Shown here piece by piece: positions 51,230-60,576 of a DNA stretch of 64,000 nucleotides (the stretch's first letter is position 1; each line of letters opens with the position of its first letter). The stretch is taken from contig CANJVU010000003.1 of assembly GCA_947478525.1 (NCBI GenBank), positions 55,562-119,561 on the forward strand, in the 5' to 3' direction. Source of the stretch: Thiotrichales bacterium. Lineage in GTDB: Bacteria > Pseudomonadota > Gammaproteobacteria > Francisellales > CACEW01. The notes under the pieces were generated by a model. It ran no database searches, had not been told where the DNA came from, and saw only the letters and a list, made by a program, of their open reading frames with translations. Both the position numbers and the translations under genes were made by a program.

Positions 51230-51952
51230 ATGTTTAGAGTAGTGGGATTGTTTGGTTTGGCGTTGCTTGTGCTGTCGCCATTGTCGGGTTGTCAGGCCAT
51301 TTCGACCGAAGTGGAATACCGTAATATGATTGTGCAAACTAAAATGAACCAATCATTATTCTTAAGTCCTGTAGCTAACCAAGATCGATTGATTTACGTT
51401 CAGGTTACTAATACTTCTAATGAACAAACCATTGATCTGAAATCCGCGTTGGTGCAAGATTTGCAACAAAATGGCTGGACGGTAACGGATGATCTCAGTA
51501 AAGCGCAACAAATGTTGCAGGTCAATATATTGCAGGCGGGTGTTACTACGCCGGAAGCAATGAATAATTTATTGCAAGAAGGTTTTGGTGCAGGGATGGT
51601 CGGTGGCGGCTTGGTGGCTGCAACCGGCGGTAGCATGCCTGATGCTGCTGTTGCAGGGGTTGCGGTTGGCTTGAGTGCGACAGTTGCAGATGCTATGGTA
51701 CAAGATATTACCGTGTCCCTAACCACCGATGTGCAAATTTTGCTACGTTTGCCACCCAATGAAAAAGTGCCCGTTAATGCTACGCCAAAACCTGGCGATC
51801 CAACGGTTACGACTGATTATGTTACCGGCACTTCCTGGTTACAGTATCAAAGACGTGTCATATCCAGTGCCAATCAGGCAAACTTGAAATTCAAAGACGC
51901 GCAGCCGCAAATGACCTCTGAATTGGCGGGTAGTATTGCAGGTATTTTCTAA
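51230..51952 (+). CDS. traT: TraT-like complement-resistance/surface-exclusion outer-membrane lipoprotein
   Basis: LSGC lipobox. Collinear with F-plasmid TraT as I recall it, in both the N-terminal region and the C-terminus (YQRRVISSANQANLKFKDAQP...LAGSIAGIF). Confidence 0.8.
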   Translation: MFRVVGLFGLALLVLSPLSGCQAISTEVEYRNMIVQTKMNQSLFLSPVANQDRLIYVQVTNTSNEQTIDLKSALVQDLQQNGWTVTDDLSKAQQMLQVNILQAGVTTPEAMNNLLQEGFGAGMVGGGLVAATGGSMPDAAVAGVAVGLSATVADAMVQDITVSLTTDVQILLRLPPNEKVPVNATPKPGDPTVTTDYVTGTSWLQYQRRVISSANQANLKFKDAQPQMTSELAGSIAGIF

Positions 51953-53399
51953 AGTGTCTTGGGCGATCACTCTCTCTGGTCTCATCATTATTGGCCATAC
52001 TTGTGGCGTGATTGCTGCAGGTCATGCGTTATTAACCAAGCGTGATCCTCGCGCCGCGTTTCTGTGGACCATTTTCTGTTTAATTTTGCCGTTTGGTTTT
52101 TTGATTTATCTGGTGTTTGGTATTAATAAACTCACGGGTGTCCACCGACGTTGGGATTCTCAAGGACTACACCACCTCAAAGCGATAGAGTCGGAGTTTG
52201 AAGTAACGGCAGAAACGACCTTTGAGCATGCGGTGTATCATCTTAAAGCATTTCATGATTTAAAAAAAACTGGCGAGCGTATTTGCAAAGGCCGTATCAT
52301 GAGCGGATGCCAGGTTAGTGTGTTGTATGATGGTACGCAGGCCTATCCACAGATGATTGCAGCGATTGAACAGGCAAAAAATAGCATATACCTTTCAACT
52401 TATATTTTTGGCACGACTGAAATTGGCAAACGTTTTATTGAAGCATTAATCGCGGCAAAAGACCGTGGTGTTGAAGTGAAAGTGTTAATTGATGGGGTTG
52501 GTTCGCTGTATTCATTCCCAACGGCATATCGACAATTAAAGCGTAAAGGCGTGAATGTTGCTTTATATCTATCTCCGTTTCGCAGTTGGTATAACCTGGT
52601 TCATATGAACTTACGTAATCACCGTAAATTACTGGTCATTGATGGCACTTTTGGGTTTACCGGTGGCATGAACATCCATCAAGAAAATATGGGGAAGGGC
52701 AGTGAGCCTGCGCCTATTCGTGATCTGCACTTTAGGGTTGATGGTCCAATCATTGGGTTTTTACAGAATGTTTTTTTAAAGGCGTGGTATTTTTCTGTGA
52801 AAAAAGATCCAGTGAAAGAAGTGATTTACTATGATGATCAACCCAAAGGCAATGCGTTATGCCGGGGTATCGCTTCAGGCCCGCATCATCAATTCCCTCA
52901 AATTGAGCGGATGTTAATTGCTGCCATTAATAGCGCAACGGACAACATCCGCATTATGACCCCTTATTTTATTGTCAGTGGACCGTTGGCCACAGCGCTC
53001 ACCGCGGCATCACAACGTGGTGTTGAGGTTGAGATTATTATGCCGGGCAGTAATAATTTATCTTTTGTAAAGGGCGCTTGCGAAGCCATTTTACCCGGGT
53101 TGCTACAATATGGACTTAAATTTTATTATCGCCGAGGCAATTTTGCGCATACTAAAATTTTCCTCATTGACGATTTCTGCTCGTTTATTGGTTCTGCCAA
53201 TATTGATGTGCGAAGTTTGTATTTGAACTTTGAGTTTAATCTGGAAATCTATGATTATGTGTTGACCAATACGCTGATTAATCATTTTGAAACGGTAAAA
53301 AAAGACGCTGTACCCGTAACAAAAGAGTATTTGCAAGGTCATCATTTCTTGATTCGTTTTAGAAACGCTGTCTTGGCATTATTCGCACCCTATCTATAA
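51936..53399 (+). CDS. cls: cardiolipin synthase (PLD superfamily)
   Basis: Two N-terminal TM segments and two HKD motifs (HRKLLVIDG; HTKIFLIDD). ATG 51936 overlaps the traT end by 17 nt. GTG 51954 is an alternative start. Confidence 0.9.
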   Translation: MQVFSKVSWAITLSGLIIIGHTCGVIAAGHALLTKRDPRAAFLWTIFCLILPFGFLIYLVFGINKLTGVHRRWDSQGLHHLKAIESEFEVTAETTFEHAVYHLKAFHDLKKTGERICKGRIMSGCQVSVLYDGTQAYPQMIAAIEQAKNSIYLSTYIFGTTEIGKRFIEALIAAKDRGVEVKVLIDGVGSLYSFPTAYRQLKRKGVNVALYLSPFRSWYNLVHMNLRNHRKLLVIDGTFGFTGGMNIHQENMGKGSEPAPIRDLHFRVDGPIIGFLQNVFLKAWYFSVKKDPVKEVIYYDDQPKGNALCRGIASGPHHQFPQIERMLIAAINSATDNIRIMTPYFIVSGPLATALTAASQRGVEVEIIMPGSNNLSFVKGACEAILPGLLQYGLKFYYRRGNFAHTKIFLIDDFCSFIGSANIDVRSLYLNFEFNLEIYDYVLTNTLINHFETVKKDAVPVTKEYLQGHHFLIRFRNAVLALFAPYL

Positions 53400-53475
53400 A
53401 ATGAATTTATTTGCAAATAGTGCTTGCCATTAGGCCATATTTTATGCTATTGTGTGTAAAGTATCCATAACAAAG

Positions 53476-53560
53476 AATGGCCGCCGGGACAAGACGATAC
53501 AACATCCACTCCCCTGAGCTGCTCCCCAGCAGCTACTGTGTCTTGTTCCCAATGGCCACC
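53476..53560. repeat. about 65-bp palindromic sequence flanked by a 10-nt near-direct repeat, between convergent cls and tusC
   Basis: Arms gggacaagac (53486-95) / gtcttgttccc (53540-50) and an inner hairpin gctgct-cccc-agcagc. Flanking aatggccgcc (53476-85) and aatggccacc (53551-60) match at 9 of 10 positions. No T-run follows. Confidence 0.35.
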
Positions 53561-53591
53561 CATGACTCTATATTAATATGTTTATTTCGGG

Positions 53592-53948
53592 TTATCCGCG
53601 TATCACAGCATCATGCGATTCAATCAGTTGTTCTAATTGATTGGGATTCAGCATTTTTACGGGTAATACCAGGTCTTCAACGGTCAGATGATGGGTCGTT
53701 AGTGCAGCTTGATCTACATAGCACGCATGAATATCATATAAGGGAAAAGCGGCATAGGCTTTGGTGTAATTTTTCCAGCCATCGATTGCTAAATCTTGTT
53801 TTTTTGCCAGTTGTAATACACCCGCCTCACAAAATAGTACGCTAAATTGTTCACAGAATTGACTGGCAGCCAGGATCATATCCAGCATTTCTTGACCGGC
53901 ACGAGCCGCAGGAGGGTGGCGTTGCATAATCAAAATCGATTTGGTCAT
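53592..53948 (-). CDS. tusC: sulfurtransferase complex subunit TusC (DsrF family)
   Basis: 118 aa with a DsrE/F-like pattern (PPAARAGQEMLDMILAAS..., LYDIHACYV). Starts 1 nt after tusD. Confidence 0.8.
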   Translation of the reverse strand: MTKSILIMQRHPPAARAGQEMLDMILAASQFCEQFSVLFCEAGVLQLAKKQDLAIDGWKNYTKAYAAFPLYDIHACYVDQAALTTHHLTVEDLVLPVKMLNPNQLEQLIESHDAVIRG

Positions 53949-53949
53949 A

Positions 53950-54336
53950 TTAAAATTCCATCAACTGGTCGCTCTGTTGAATCGCTTCAAACAGTTGACC
54001 AAGGCTCGAGGGTATATATCCTTCGCGCCAATTAGATCCGGGTTTTTCATAAAATTGTGCCTGCTCTGGTGTAATCACACCGCGATGCGTGGCTGCCGTA
54101 CTGCAGATGTGTAGCGGAAATTGATACTGCTTTGCCAGCGTCAGCCAGGCTTGCGCGACGTCCAGCTCATCTTGTGGAGTCACCGTGAAGGCATTGGCAT
54201 GATAGGCACCATCACGGTCGAAAAACACCAGCTGAATCTGGTGCCCAGAAGCCAAAACAGCCTGACAAGCATGGTATGCTGTCAGGCTGTTGTTTTGGGT
54301 ATATGGATGCGAATGAACCAGTACCGTATAATTCAT
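53950..54336 (-). CDS. tusD: sulfurtransferase complex subunit TusD (DsrE family)
   Basis: 128 aa. VFFDRDGAYHAN ... LHICSTAATHRGV carries the conserved Cys, and the protein ends ...QLMEF. Confidence 0.85.
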   Translation of the reverse strand: MNYTVLVHSHPYTQNNSLTAYHACQAVLASGHQIQLVFFDRDGAYHANAFTVTPQDELDVAQAWLTLAKQYQFPLHICSTAATHRGVITPEQAQFYEKPGSNWREGYIPSSLGQLFEAIQQSDQLMEF

Positions 54337-54338
54337 GA

Positions 54339-55016
54339 TTAGTTACGACTGTTGCCGCCGAACATGCCTAACAGTTGCAAGATGGTCAAGAAAATATTGA
54401 TAAGCGATACATACAATACCACGGTAGCGGTAATGTAGTTGCGTTCTCCGCCATGCACGATCGCATTTGTTTGGTACATGATGTATCCGCCAGAAATAAA
54501 CGCAAATGCAACAGATACTGCCATTTGTAACGCAGGCAATTTAACAAAAAAGATATTCGCCAATGAGGCAATCATGGCGACAATCACCCCGATAAACAAA
54601 AACTTTCCCCAGCTCGCGAAGTTGCGGTTAGGGTTTAGGGCCAATGCCGACAATACTAAGAAAATTAAGCCAGTCGAGCCCGCTGCCATCATGATTAACT
54701 GTGAGCCATTGGTAAACTCTTTGATATACATATTCAAAATAGGTCCAAGCATCCAGCCAATAAAGCCAGTATAGGCAAAGGTTAATATCAAGCCCCAGAC
54801 ACTGTTTTGTACGGATCTAAGTAGGAAGGGAAAACCAATGATTACAATCAACATCAGCCAGATATTCATAAAGCCAGCATTTTCAGCCATGGCAATACCT
54901 GCCGTCAGTGCGCTGAACAACAGCGTCAGCGACAGCAGCAGATAGGTATTGCGCAATACGGTGTTGGTCGCAAAGACTGAAGAACTTTGGCGAGAAACGG
55001 TAGATTGTTGTTCCAT
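54339..55016 (-). CDS. Bax inhibitor-1/YccA family membrane protein
   Basis: 225 aa with 7 TM segments. The N-terminal NTVLRNTYLLLSLTLLFSALTA is typical of the YccA/BI-1 family. Confidence 0.85.
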   Translation of the reverse strand: MEQQSTVSRQSSSVFATNTVLRNTYLLLSLTLLFSALTAGIAMAENAGFMNIWLMLIVIIGFPFLLRSVQNSVWGLILTFAYTGFIGWMLGPILNMYIKEFTNGSQLIMMAAGSTGLIFLVLSALALNPNRNFASWGKFLFIGVIVAMIASLANIFFVKLPALQMAVSVAFAFISGGYIMYQTNAIVHGGERNYITATVVLYVSLINIFLTILQLLGMFGGNSRN

Positions 55017-55126
55017 GGTAGAGGGTCTCCTTTAATTCAGAGTAGGTATGATACAGGATATTGGTTAAAAATACCAGGTGGAAGCTTTTTTAGAAATAGC
55101 ATTAGCGTAGTTCGGCAGAGTTTTTA

Positions 55127-55762
55127 CTATAGATTTGTTTTATCAGGATATTCGCATAAATCCCGAATTAAGCAATGGCCACATTTTGGATTGCGCGCGG
55201 TACAGATATAACGACCATGTAAAATCAGCCAGTGATGCGCGTGTTGCTGGTATTCTTTGGGGATCACTTTGAGCAACTTCTTTTCTACTTCCAATACATT
55301 TTTACCCGGCGCAAGGCCAATGCGGTTGCTGATGCGGAAGATGTGCGTATCCACCGCTATGGTGTGTTCGCCAAACGCAGTATTCAATATTACATTCGCA
55401 GTTTTGCGACCAACGCCAGGTAACGCTTCTAATGCTTCGCGGCTATGGGGAACTTCAGCGTGATGATGATCGATTAAACGTTGGCACAATTTGATAATAT
55501 TGGCAGCTTTGGTTTTGTAGAGGCCAATGCTTTTGACATATGACTGCAGCTTTTCTTTACCTAGCGACAAGAGTGCCTGTGGAGTGTTGGCAATAGGAAA
55601 TAAAATTCGAGTGGCTTTATTGACACTGACATCGGTGGCTTGAGCAGAAAGCACCACCGCAACCAATAATTCAAAAGTAGAATGATATTCCAGTTCAGTC
55701 GTTGGCGCGGGATTGTGCTGTGCAAAGCGCCGAAAAATTTCGGCGCGTCGAGTGCTGTTCAT
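55127..55762 (-). CDS. nth: endonuclease III
   Basis: HhH-GPD LPGVGRKTANVIL and Fe-S loop CTARNPKCGHCLIRDLC. Confidence 0.95.
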   Translation of the reverse strand: MNSTRRAEIFRRFAQHNPAPTTELEYHSTFELLVAVVLSAQATDVSVNKATRILFPIANTPQALLSLGKEKLQSYVKSIGLYKTKAANIIKLCQRLIDHHHAEVPHSREALEALPGVGRKTANVILNTAFGEHTIAVDTHIFRISNRIGLAPGKNVLEVEKKLLKVIPKEYQQHAHHWLILHGRYICTARNPKCGHCLIRDLCEYPDKTNL

Positions 55763-57315
55763 TAGGCAATGGCAGGAGAAGTATGTTGGCGATCCCGTCT
55801 AAAGTAGCATGCCAACCAGCAGATAAATAGGCAGAAAATCATGATGACGATGATGCTGGTGCCAACGTTCAGAACGCCAATGCCGCCGCCAAAACTGCCT
55901 AAGTAAGAAATAATGCAGATACCAACAAAATATACCCATAACCAGGTCGACTCGCGCCAATGCATTTTGCGCTGACGCATGCGTGGGCTGAAGACGTGGT
56001 AAATTACTAAAATCAATAAAGCAAACACCATGGCAATGGCCAATTTAAAAATGATATCCCAGCCACACCAGTAGGTCAGCAAGGCACAGATACAAAAAGC
56101 AATGTAGCACCACAGATTGGCCGCGGGTAATTTAAAAGGACGTGGGCGATCGGGCAACTGGCGACGTAATGCCAGCAAGCTGATCGGTCCAATGGTATAA
56201 GTGATGGCCATCAATGAGGTTAAGAAACTGGCCATTTTGTCCCAGCCTGGAAGAGGGGCAAACATTAGCATACCCAATACAAAGTTAGCAGCAATTGCCA
56301 TGGTTGGATTGCCTTGTAAACTCAATTTGGTAAAGAATGGTGGCATGTAGCCATTTTTGCTCATGCCATACAATGAACGGCCGGCGCTGGCGCAATACAT
56401 CATGCCCGCAGCCAATGGGCCAACGATGGCGCCAATCATTAGAATTGGGGTGACCCATTGCAAGTTATCTTGTTTTAGAATATCAGCAAAAGGGCTTAAC
56501 GCGCCTTCCAGGCTTAAGTGGCTCCAACCATTGGTGAGGTTAACTGCTTGAATAGAACTGAAAAATGCGGTTTGCAATAAAATGTATACCAATGCACAAA
56601 CAATCACTGAGCCAATAATGGCAAAAGGCACCGCACGTCTTGGGTTTTTTGCTTCACCGGCCATTTCAGCGGCTTGTTTGAAACCATTAAAGGAATAGAC
56701 AATGCCGCCCATCGACAATGCGCTAAACACGCCAGCAAAACCAAAAGGCATAAAGGTGGAATGAGCGGGATGTATAACGTGGTCTGGGGTAAAGTAAACC
56801 ACCAGAATCACGATACACATAAAAATTGGAATCAATAGTTTTAAAGCAGTCAGGAAGCTGTTAACACGAATTAACCAGCGTAATGAGTAGGTGTTTAAAA
56901 TGCTCACCGCCAGCATCAAGACAGCTGCTGCAGCATAACCGGTGTGCGTCAATGCACCCGTTGCGTATGTCAGACCTGGAATATAGAACGACAGATATTG
57001 AATCACCGCTTGTACTTCTGCCGGGCAAGTCACCATGTAGCAAAGCCAGATGACCCAGGAGAATGAGTAGCTGGTGACGGCGCCGTGGGTAAAATGTGGG
57101 ATGCGAGTGCTGGAACCAGAAATCGGCAGCATCGAGCTTAATTCAGCAAACACAAAAGCAACAACCATAATCATGATAGCGCCAATAACCCATGCTAATA
57201 AGGCGGCAGGACCCGCGAGCGTTGAAGTATAAAATGCACCAAACAACCAACCAGAACCAATGATGGCGCTGATGGAGGTAAACAGTAGACCAAAAGAAGA
57301 GATCGAACGTTTCAT
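55762..57315 (-). CDS. APC-superfamily amino acid/polyamine permease
   Basis: 517 aa, about 12-14 TM segments, and N-terminal FTSISAIIGSGWLF. The stop overlaps the nth ATG (TAATG). Confidence 0.85.
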   Translation of the reverse strand: MKRSISSFGLLFTSISAIIGSGWLFGAFYTSTLAGPAALLAWVIGAIMIMVVAFVFAELSSMLPISGSSTRIPHFTHGAVTSYSFSWVIWLCYMVTCPAEVQAVIQYLSFYIPGLTYATGALTHTGYAAAAVLMLAVSILNTYSLRWLIRVNSFLTALKLLIPIFMCIVILVVYFTPDHVIHPAHSTFMPFGFAGVFSALSMGGIVYSFNGFKQAAEMAGEAKNPRRAVPFAIIGSVIVCALVYILLQTAFFSSIQAVNLTNGWSHLSLEGALSPFADILKQDNLQWVTPILMIGAIVGPLAAGMMYCASAGRSLYGMSKNGYMPPFFTKLSLQGNPTMAIAANFVLGMLMFAPLPGWDKMASFLTSLMAITYTIGPISLLALRRQLPDRPRPFKLPAANLWCYIAFCICALLTYWCGWDIIFKLAIAMVFALLILVIYHVFSPRMRQRKMHWRESTWLWVYFVGICIISYLGSFGGGIGVLNVGTSIIVIMIFCLFICWLACYFRRDRQHTSPAIA

Positions 57316-57327
57316 GCAGTGTTTCCG

Positions 57328-57729
57328 TTAGTTATTATTAAGTTTCTTGGCTTTCGCGCGTTCCAGTGCGGCGGCAATAAACGCTTGTTTATCAATAGCG
57401 CTGTCTGTTTTATCGGCTACCAAGGGTTTCGTGAGCGTATGATGCTTGATCTTTGCTATTTGGTCAAGGGTTGCCATTCGTGCTTTTTTACGCTGAGCAA
57501 GTTTTCGATAATGCACAACATCGCGCAAGGCTTTATCTGCAGAGATCAAGGTGATGCAATCCACGGGGCAGGGCTCAATACAAAGTCGGCAACCGATGCA
57601 ATCGCTTTGAATCACAGTATGCATCCTGTTGCGAGTGCCGATAATTGCATCGGTGGGGCAGGCATCAATGCATTTGGTGCAGCCAATACAATCGGCTTCG
57701 CGGATATAGGCGAGTACTTTCAATGTCAT
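57328..57729 (-). CDS. RnfB-like 2x[4Fe-4S] ferredoxin (C-terminal RnfB/RsxB domain only) with a Lys/Ala-rich tail
   Basis: [12 protein letters not shown] and [12 protein letters not shown] dicluster motifs. 133 aa. The ATG overlaps the metG stop by 4 nt. Confidence 0.8.
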   Translation of the reverse strand: MTLKVLAYIREADCIGCTKCIDACPTDAIIGTRNRMHTVIQSDCIGCRLCIEPCPVDCITLISADKALRDVVHYRKLAQRKKARMATLDQIAKIKHHTLTKPLVADKTDSAIDKQAFIAAALERAKAKKLNNN

Positions 57730-59369
57730 GTGGCGGGGACCACCAATCCTGCTATTTTTTCTTCTTCTACGCGCATCATTAGTGGTTTGAACGGTTGCAG
57801 GGTATGGTTCAATAAAGGTGTCTGAATCGATGCCCAGTCGAGTTCACCTGCATTTAGAAACTCCTCTGCGCCAAGGCTAGTGTAGGGCAGTACGGGTTTC
57901 AAATAGGTGATCAATTGCTTGAATAAGTTGATACCGGTGGTACAAACTTGTTGCACTTCACTTTGTTTGTCAGGACTTTTTGCCAATTCCCACGGTTTAT
58001 ATTGTTCGACAAATTGGTTGGCGCGATCCGCCAAGGCCATGATTTCACGCATGGCACGGCCAAATTCGCGGGTTTCATAATGCTCAGCGATCTGTACGTG
58101 TGCCTGGGCAAATTGTTGGAATAATTCCGGTTCTGCCATCTGATTGGCGAGTTTGTTGTCAAAGCGTTTTTGGATAAAACCGGCGCAGCGGCTGGCAATA
58201 TTCACGACTTTGCCGACCAGATCTGCATTAACCCGTAAACGAAAGTCTTCGAAGTTAATGTCGATGTCTTCAACGTTGCTGTTTAGCTTGGCGGCGAAAT
58301 AATAGCGCATATAATCAGGGCTTAAGCCTTGATCTAAGTATTGTCTGGCAGTGATAAAAGTGCCGCGGGATTTTGACATCTTTTGACCGTTGATGGTCAA
58401 ATAGCCATGGGTATGTACTTTGCTTGGGGTGCGAAAACCTGCGCCACGCAAAATGGCTGGCCAGAATAAGGCGTGAAAATAGGTAATGTCTTTGCCGATA
58501 GAGTGATGCAATTCAGTGGTGCTGTCTGGGTTCCAAAATTCGTTAAAGTTTAAGCCGGTACGTTCACAGAGTTTTTGGAAGCTGGCCAAATAACCAAAAG
58601 GTGCATCGAGCCAAACATAGAAAAACTTTCCAGGTGCGCCAGGGACTTCAAAGCCATAATAAGGTGCATCACGCGAAATGTCCCAATCTTGCAGGCCTTC
58701 TTTAAACCATTCCTGTAATTTATTAGCGACTTCAGATTGCAAGTGTTCTGGAGTGGTCCAATTTTTCAAAAATTCCTGATAATGTCCGAGTTTGAAAAAG
58801 AAATGTTCACTGTCTTTATAGATCGGTGGTTTGCCAGATAAAACGGAAATGGGGTTTTTAATGCCGCCGGTGCCATCGTAAGTTGAGCCACAGGCTTCGC
58901 AGCTGTCGCTGTATTGGCCTTCCGCGCCGCAGCAGGGGCAGGTGCCTTTGACGTAGCGATCAGGCAGGAACATTTGTTTCTCTTCATCAAACGCCTGTTT
59001 GATGGTGCGGGTTTCAATGTCACCATTGGCTTGTAATTTGGCATAGGCTTGCGTGGTCAATGCCTGGTTTTCGGCAATATTAGACAGCTCAAAACTGGCA
59101 AAGACTACGCCAAAGTCCTGAAAGTCAGTTAGCTGTTGGGCGCTGATGTCTGCCACCATTTGATCGGGCGATTGCTTTAATTGTTCCGCCTTGAGCATAA
59201 TCGGCGTGCCGTGAGTGTCTGCGCCGCAGACATAATGACATTCATGGCCGCGCAGATTTTGAAAACGCGACCAGATGTCGGTTTGTACATAACCTAACAT
59301 GTGACCCAGGTGAACTGGGCCATTGGCATAAATTAACGCATCAGTAACCAGAATTTTACGATGAGACAT
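57726..59369 (-). CDS. metG: methionine--tRNA ligase (short form, no C-terminal EMAPII/Trbp111 domain)
   Basis: HLGH and KMSKS motifs, Zn knuckle [18 protein letters not shown]. 547 aa. Confidence 0.95.
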   Translation of the reverse strand: MSHRKILVTDALIYANGPVHLGHMLGYVQTDIWSRFQNLRGHECHYVCGADTHGTPIMLKAEQLKQSPDQMVADISAQQLTDFQDFGVVFASFELSNIAENQALTTQAYAKLQANGDIETRTIKQAFDEEKQMFLPDRYVKGTCPCCGAEGQYSDSCEACGSTYDGTGGIKNPISVLSGKPPIYKDSEHFFFKLGHYQEFLKNWTTPEHLQSEVANKLQEWFKEGLQDWDISRDAPYYGFEVPGAPGKFFYVWLDAPFGYLASFQKLCERTGLNFNEFWNPDSTTELHHSIGKDITYFHALFWPAILRGAGFRTPSKVHTHGYLTINGQKMSKSRGTFITARQYLDQGLSPDYMRYYFAAKLNSNVEDIDINFEDFRLRVNADLVGKVVNIASRCAGFIQKRFDNKLANQMAEPELFQQFAQAHVQIAEHYETREFGRAMREIMALADRANQFVEQYKPWELAKSPDKQSEVQQVCTTGINLFKQLITYLKPVLPYTSLGAEEFLNAGELDWASIQTPLLNHTLQPFKPLMMRVEEEKIAGLVVPAT

Positions 59370-59484
59370 AACATTTCCTAAGCAGTGAGATGAGGGATTA
59401 TAGCAAGTTTATGGTTAAAAGAAGATACCCGGAGAGTGCTTTTTTTGCTATACTGTTTGGCATTAAGTATGCAAGGTTCTGAGA

Positions 59485-60576
59485 ATGAAAAAGAAGTGGG
59501 TTGGTTTGTTGATTGTTGTGATTATTCTGATTGCAGCTGCTTTATATTATTTTCAACGCCCTCAGGCAGTAGCGGTTCATGCCGCCCCTGTTATGGTGCA
59601 AGAAGTGTCAGTAACTACGCAAAACGTGCCATTGCTGGCACAGGCATTGGGTAATGTGTTGGCGCCCGATAATGTTATGCTTAAAGCCCTGCAGGCCGGG
59701 CAAATCACTGCTGCTTACATTAAGCAGGGTGAGCAAGTTAAGAAAGGTCAGTTGCTGTTGACCATCAATAATGTGCAGCAAAAAGCTAATATTGCCAAAG
59801 ACAAAGCCGCCTTGGTACAGGCGCAGTCTGATTATCAACGATATCAAACACTGATGAAGAAACAGGCCACCAGCCAATCAGAATTGGATCAGTATGAGGC
59901 CAACTACTTTCAGGCCAAAGCGACGTTGGATTACCATCAATTAAGTTTACAACAAACCAATATTGTTGCACCTTTTGATGGCATTGTGGGTGCGCCACAA
60001 GCAGTGCGCGGGCAAGTTGATCAACAAGGTAATTCGTTAAGCAATATCACGCAGATTGCCGTCGGCAGTTATGTGAATATCGGTGATGAGTTGGTACAGC
60101 TGGTAAATTTATCTCATTTGCAGGTGCAGTATGACTTGCCGGGCGATAACTTATCATTGTGTAAAGTGGGGCAGGCAGTATTATTGAGCACACAAGCCTA
60201 TCCAGGCAAAATCATTCATGCTACGGTGAGTTATGTTTCTCCCAGTGTCAGTGAGCAAACCGGTACGTTTACCGTCTATGCAACGCTCAGTGATACCGAT
60301 ATTTTTTTAGAGCCAGGGCTATTTGTGACCGTCTCGCAAGTATTGATTCCAACGCGTGAAGTGTTGGCATTGCCTGGATTGGCCGTAGCATCGGATTTGT
60401 CAGGGTACTATGTCTATGTGATTGAGCAGGGCAAATTAAAGCAAGTCAATGTCAAGATTGGTCAGCGTGTCGGTTCTTGGGTAGAGATTAAATCTGGTTT
60501 GAAAGCCGGTGACAAAGTCATTGGCGCCAATCTCGATTCTTTACAGCCCGGCATGGCGGTACAGGTGGCTTCATGA
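59485..60576 (+). CDS. RND efflux periplasmic adaptor (membrane fusion protein)
   Basis: N-terminal TM anchor, coiled-coil hairpin region, then barrel-sandwich and beta-barrel regions. The stop overlaps the RND pump start (ATGA). Confidence 0.88.
   Translation: MKKKWVGLLIVVIILIAAALYYFQRPQAVAVHAAPVMVQEVSVTTQNVPLLAQALGNVLAPDNVMLKALQAGQITAAYIKQGEQVKKGQLLLTINNVQQKANIAKDKAALVQAQSDYQRYQTLMKKQATSQSELDQYEANYFQAKATLDYHQLSLQQTNIVAPFDGIVGAPQAVRGQVDQQGNSLSNITQIAVGSYVNIGDELVQLVNLSHLQVQYDLPGDNLSLCKVGQAVLLSTQAYPGKIIHATVSYVSPSVSEQTGTFTVYATLSDTDIFLEPGLFVTVSQVLIPTREVLALPGLAVASDLSGYYVYVIEQGKLKQVNVKIGQRVGSWVEIKSGLKAGDKVIGANLDSLQPGMAVQVAS

Noticed and set aside
53476-53560. Possibility that the structured segment between cls and tusC is a 4.5S/SRP RNA or a tRNA
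   Set aside because: It has no GGAA-tetraloop domain IV motif of SRP RNA and no T-loop or anticodon-arm architecture. It is also too short.
53477-53845. 122-aa plus-strand ORF
   Set aside because: It is antisense to tusC, which has clear DsrF-family similarity, and its own sequence is unremarkable.
57319-57825. 168-aa plus-strand ORF
   Set aside because: It is antisense to the RnfB-like ferredoxin, whose two CxxCxxCxxxCP motifs make the minus-strand frame certain.
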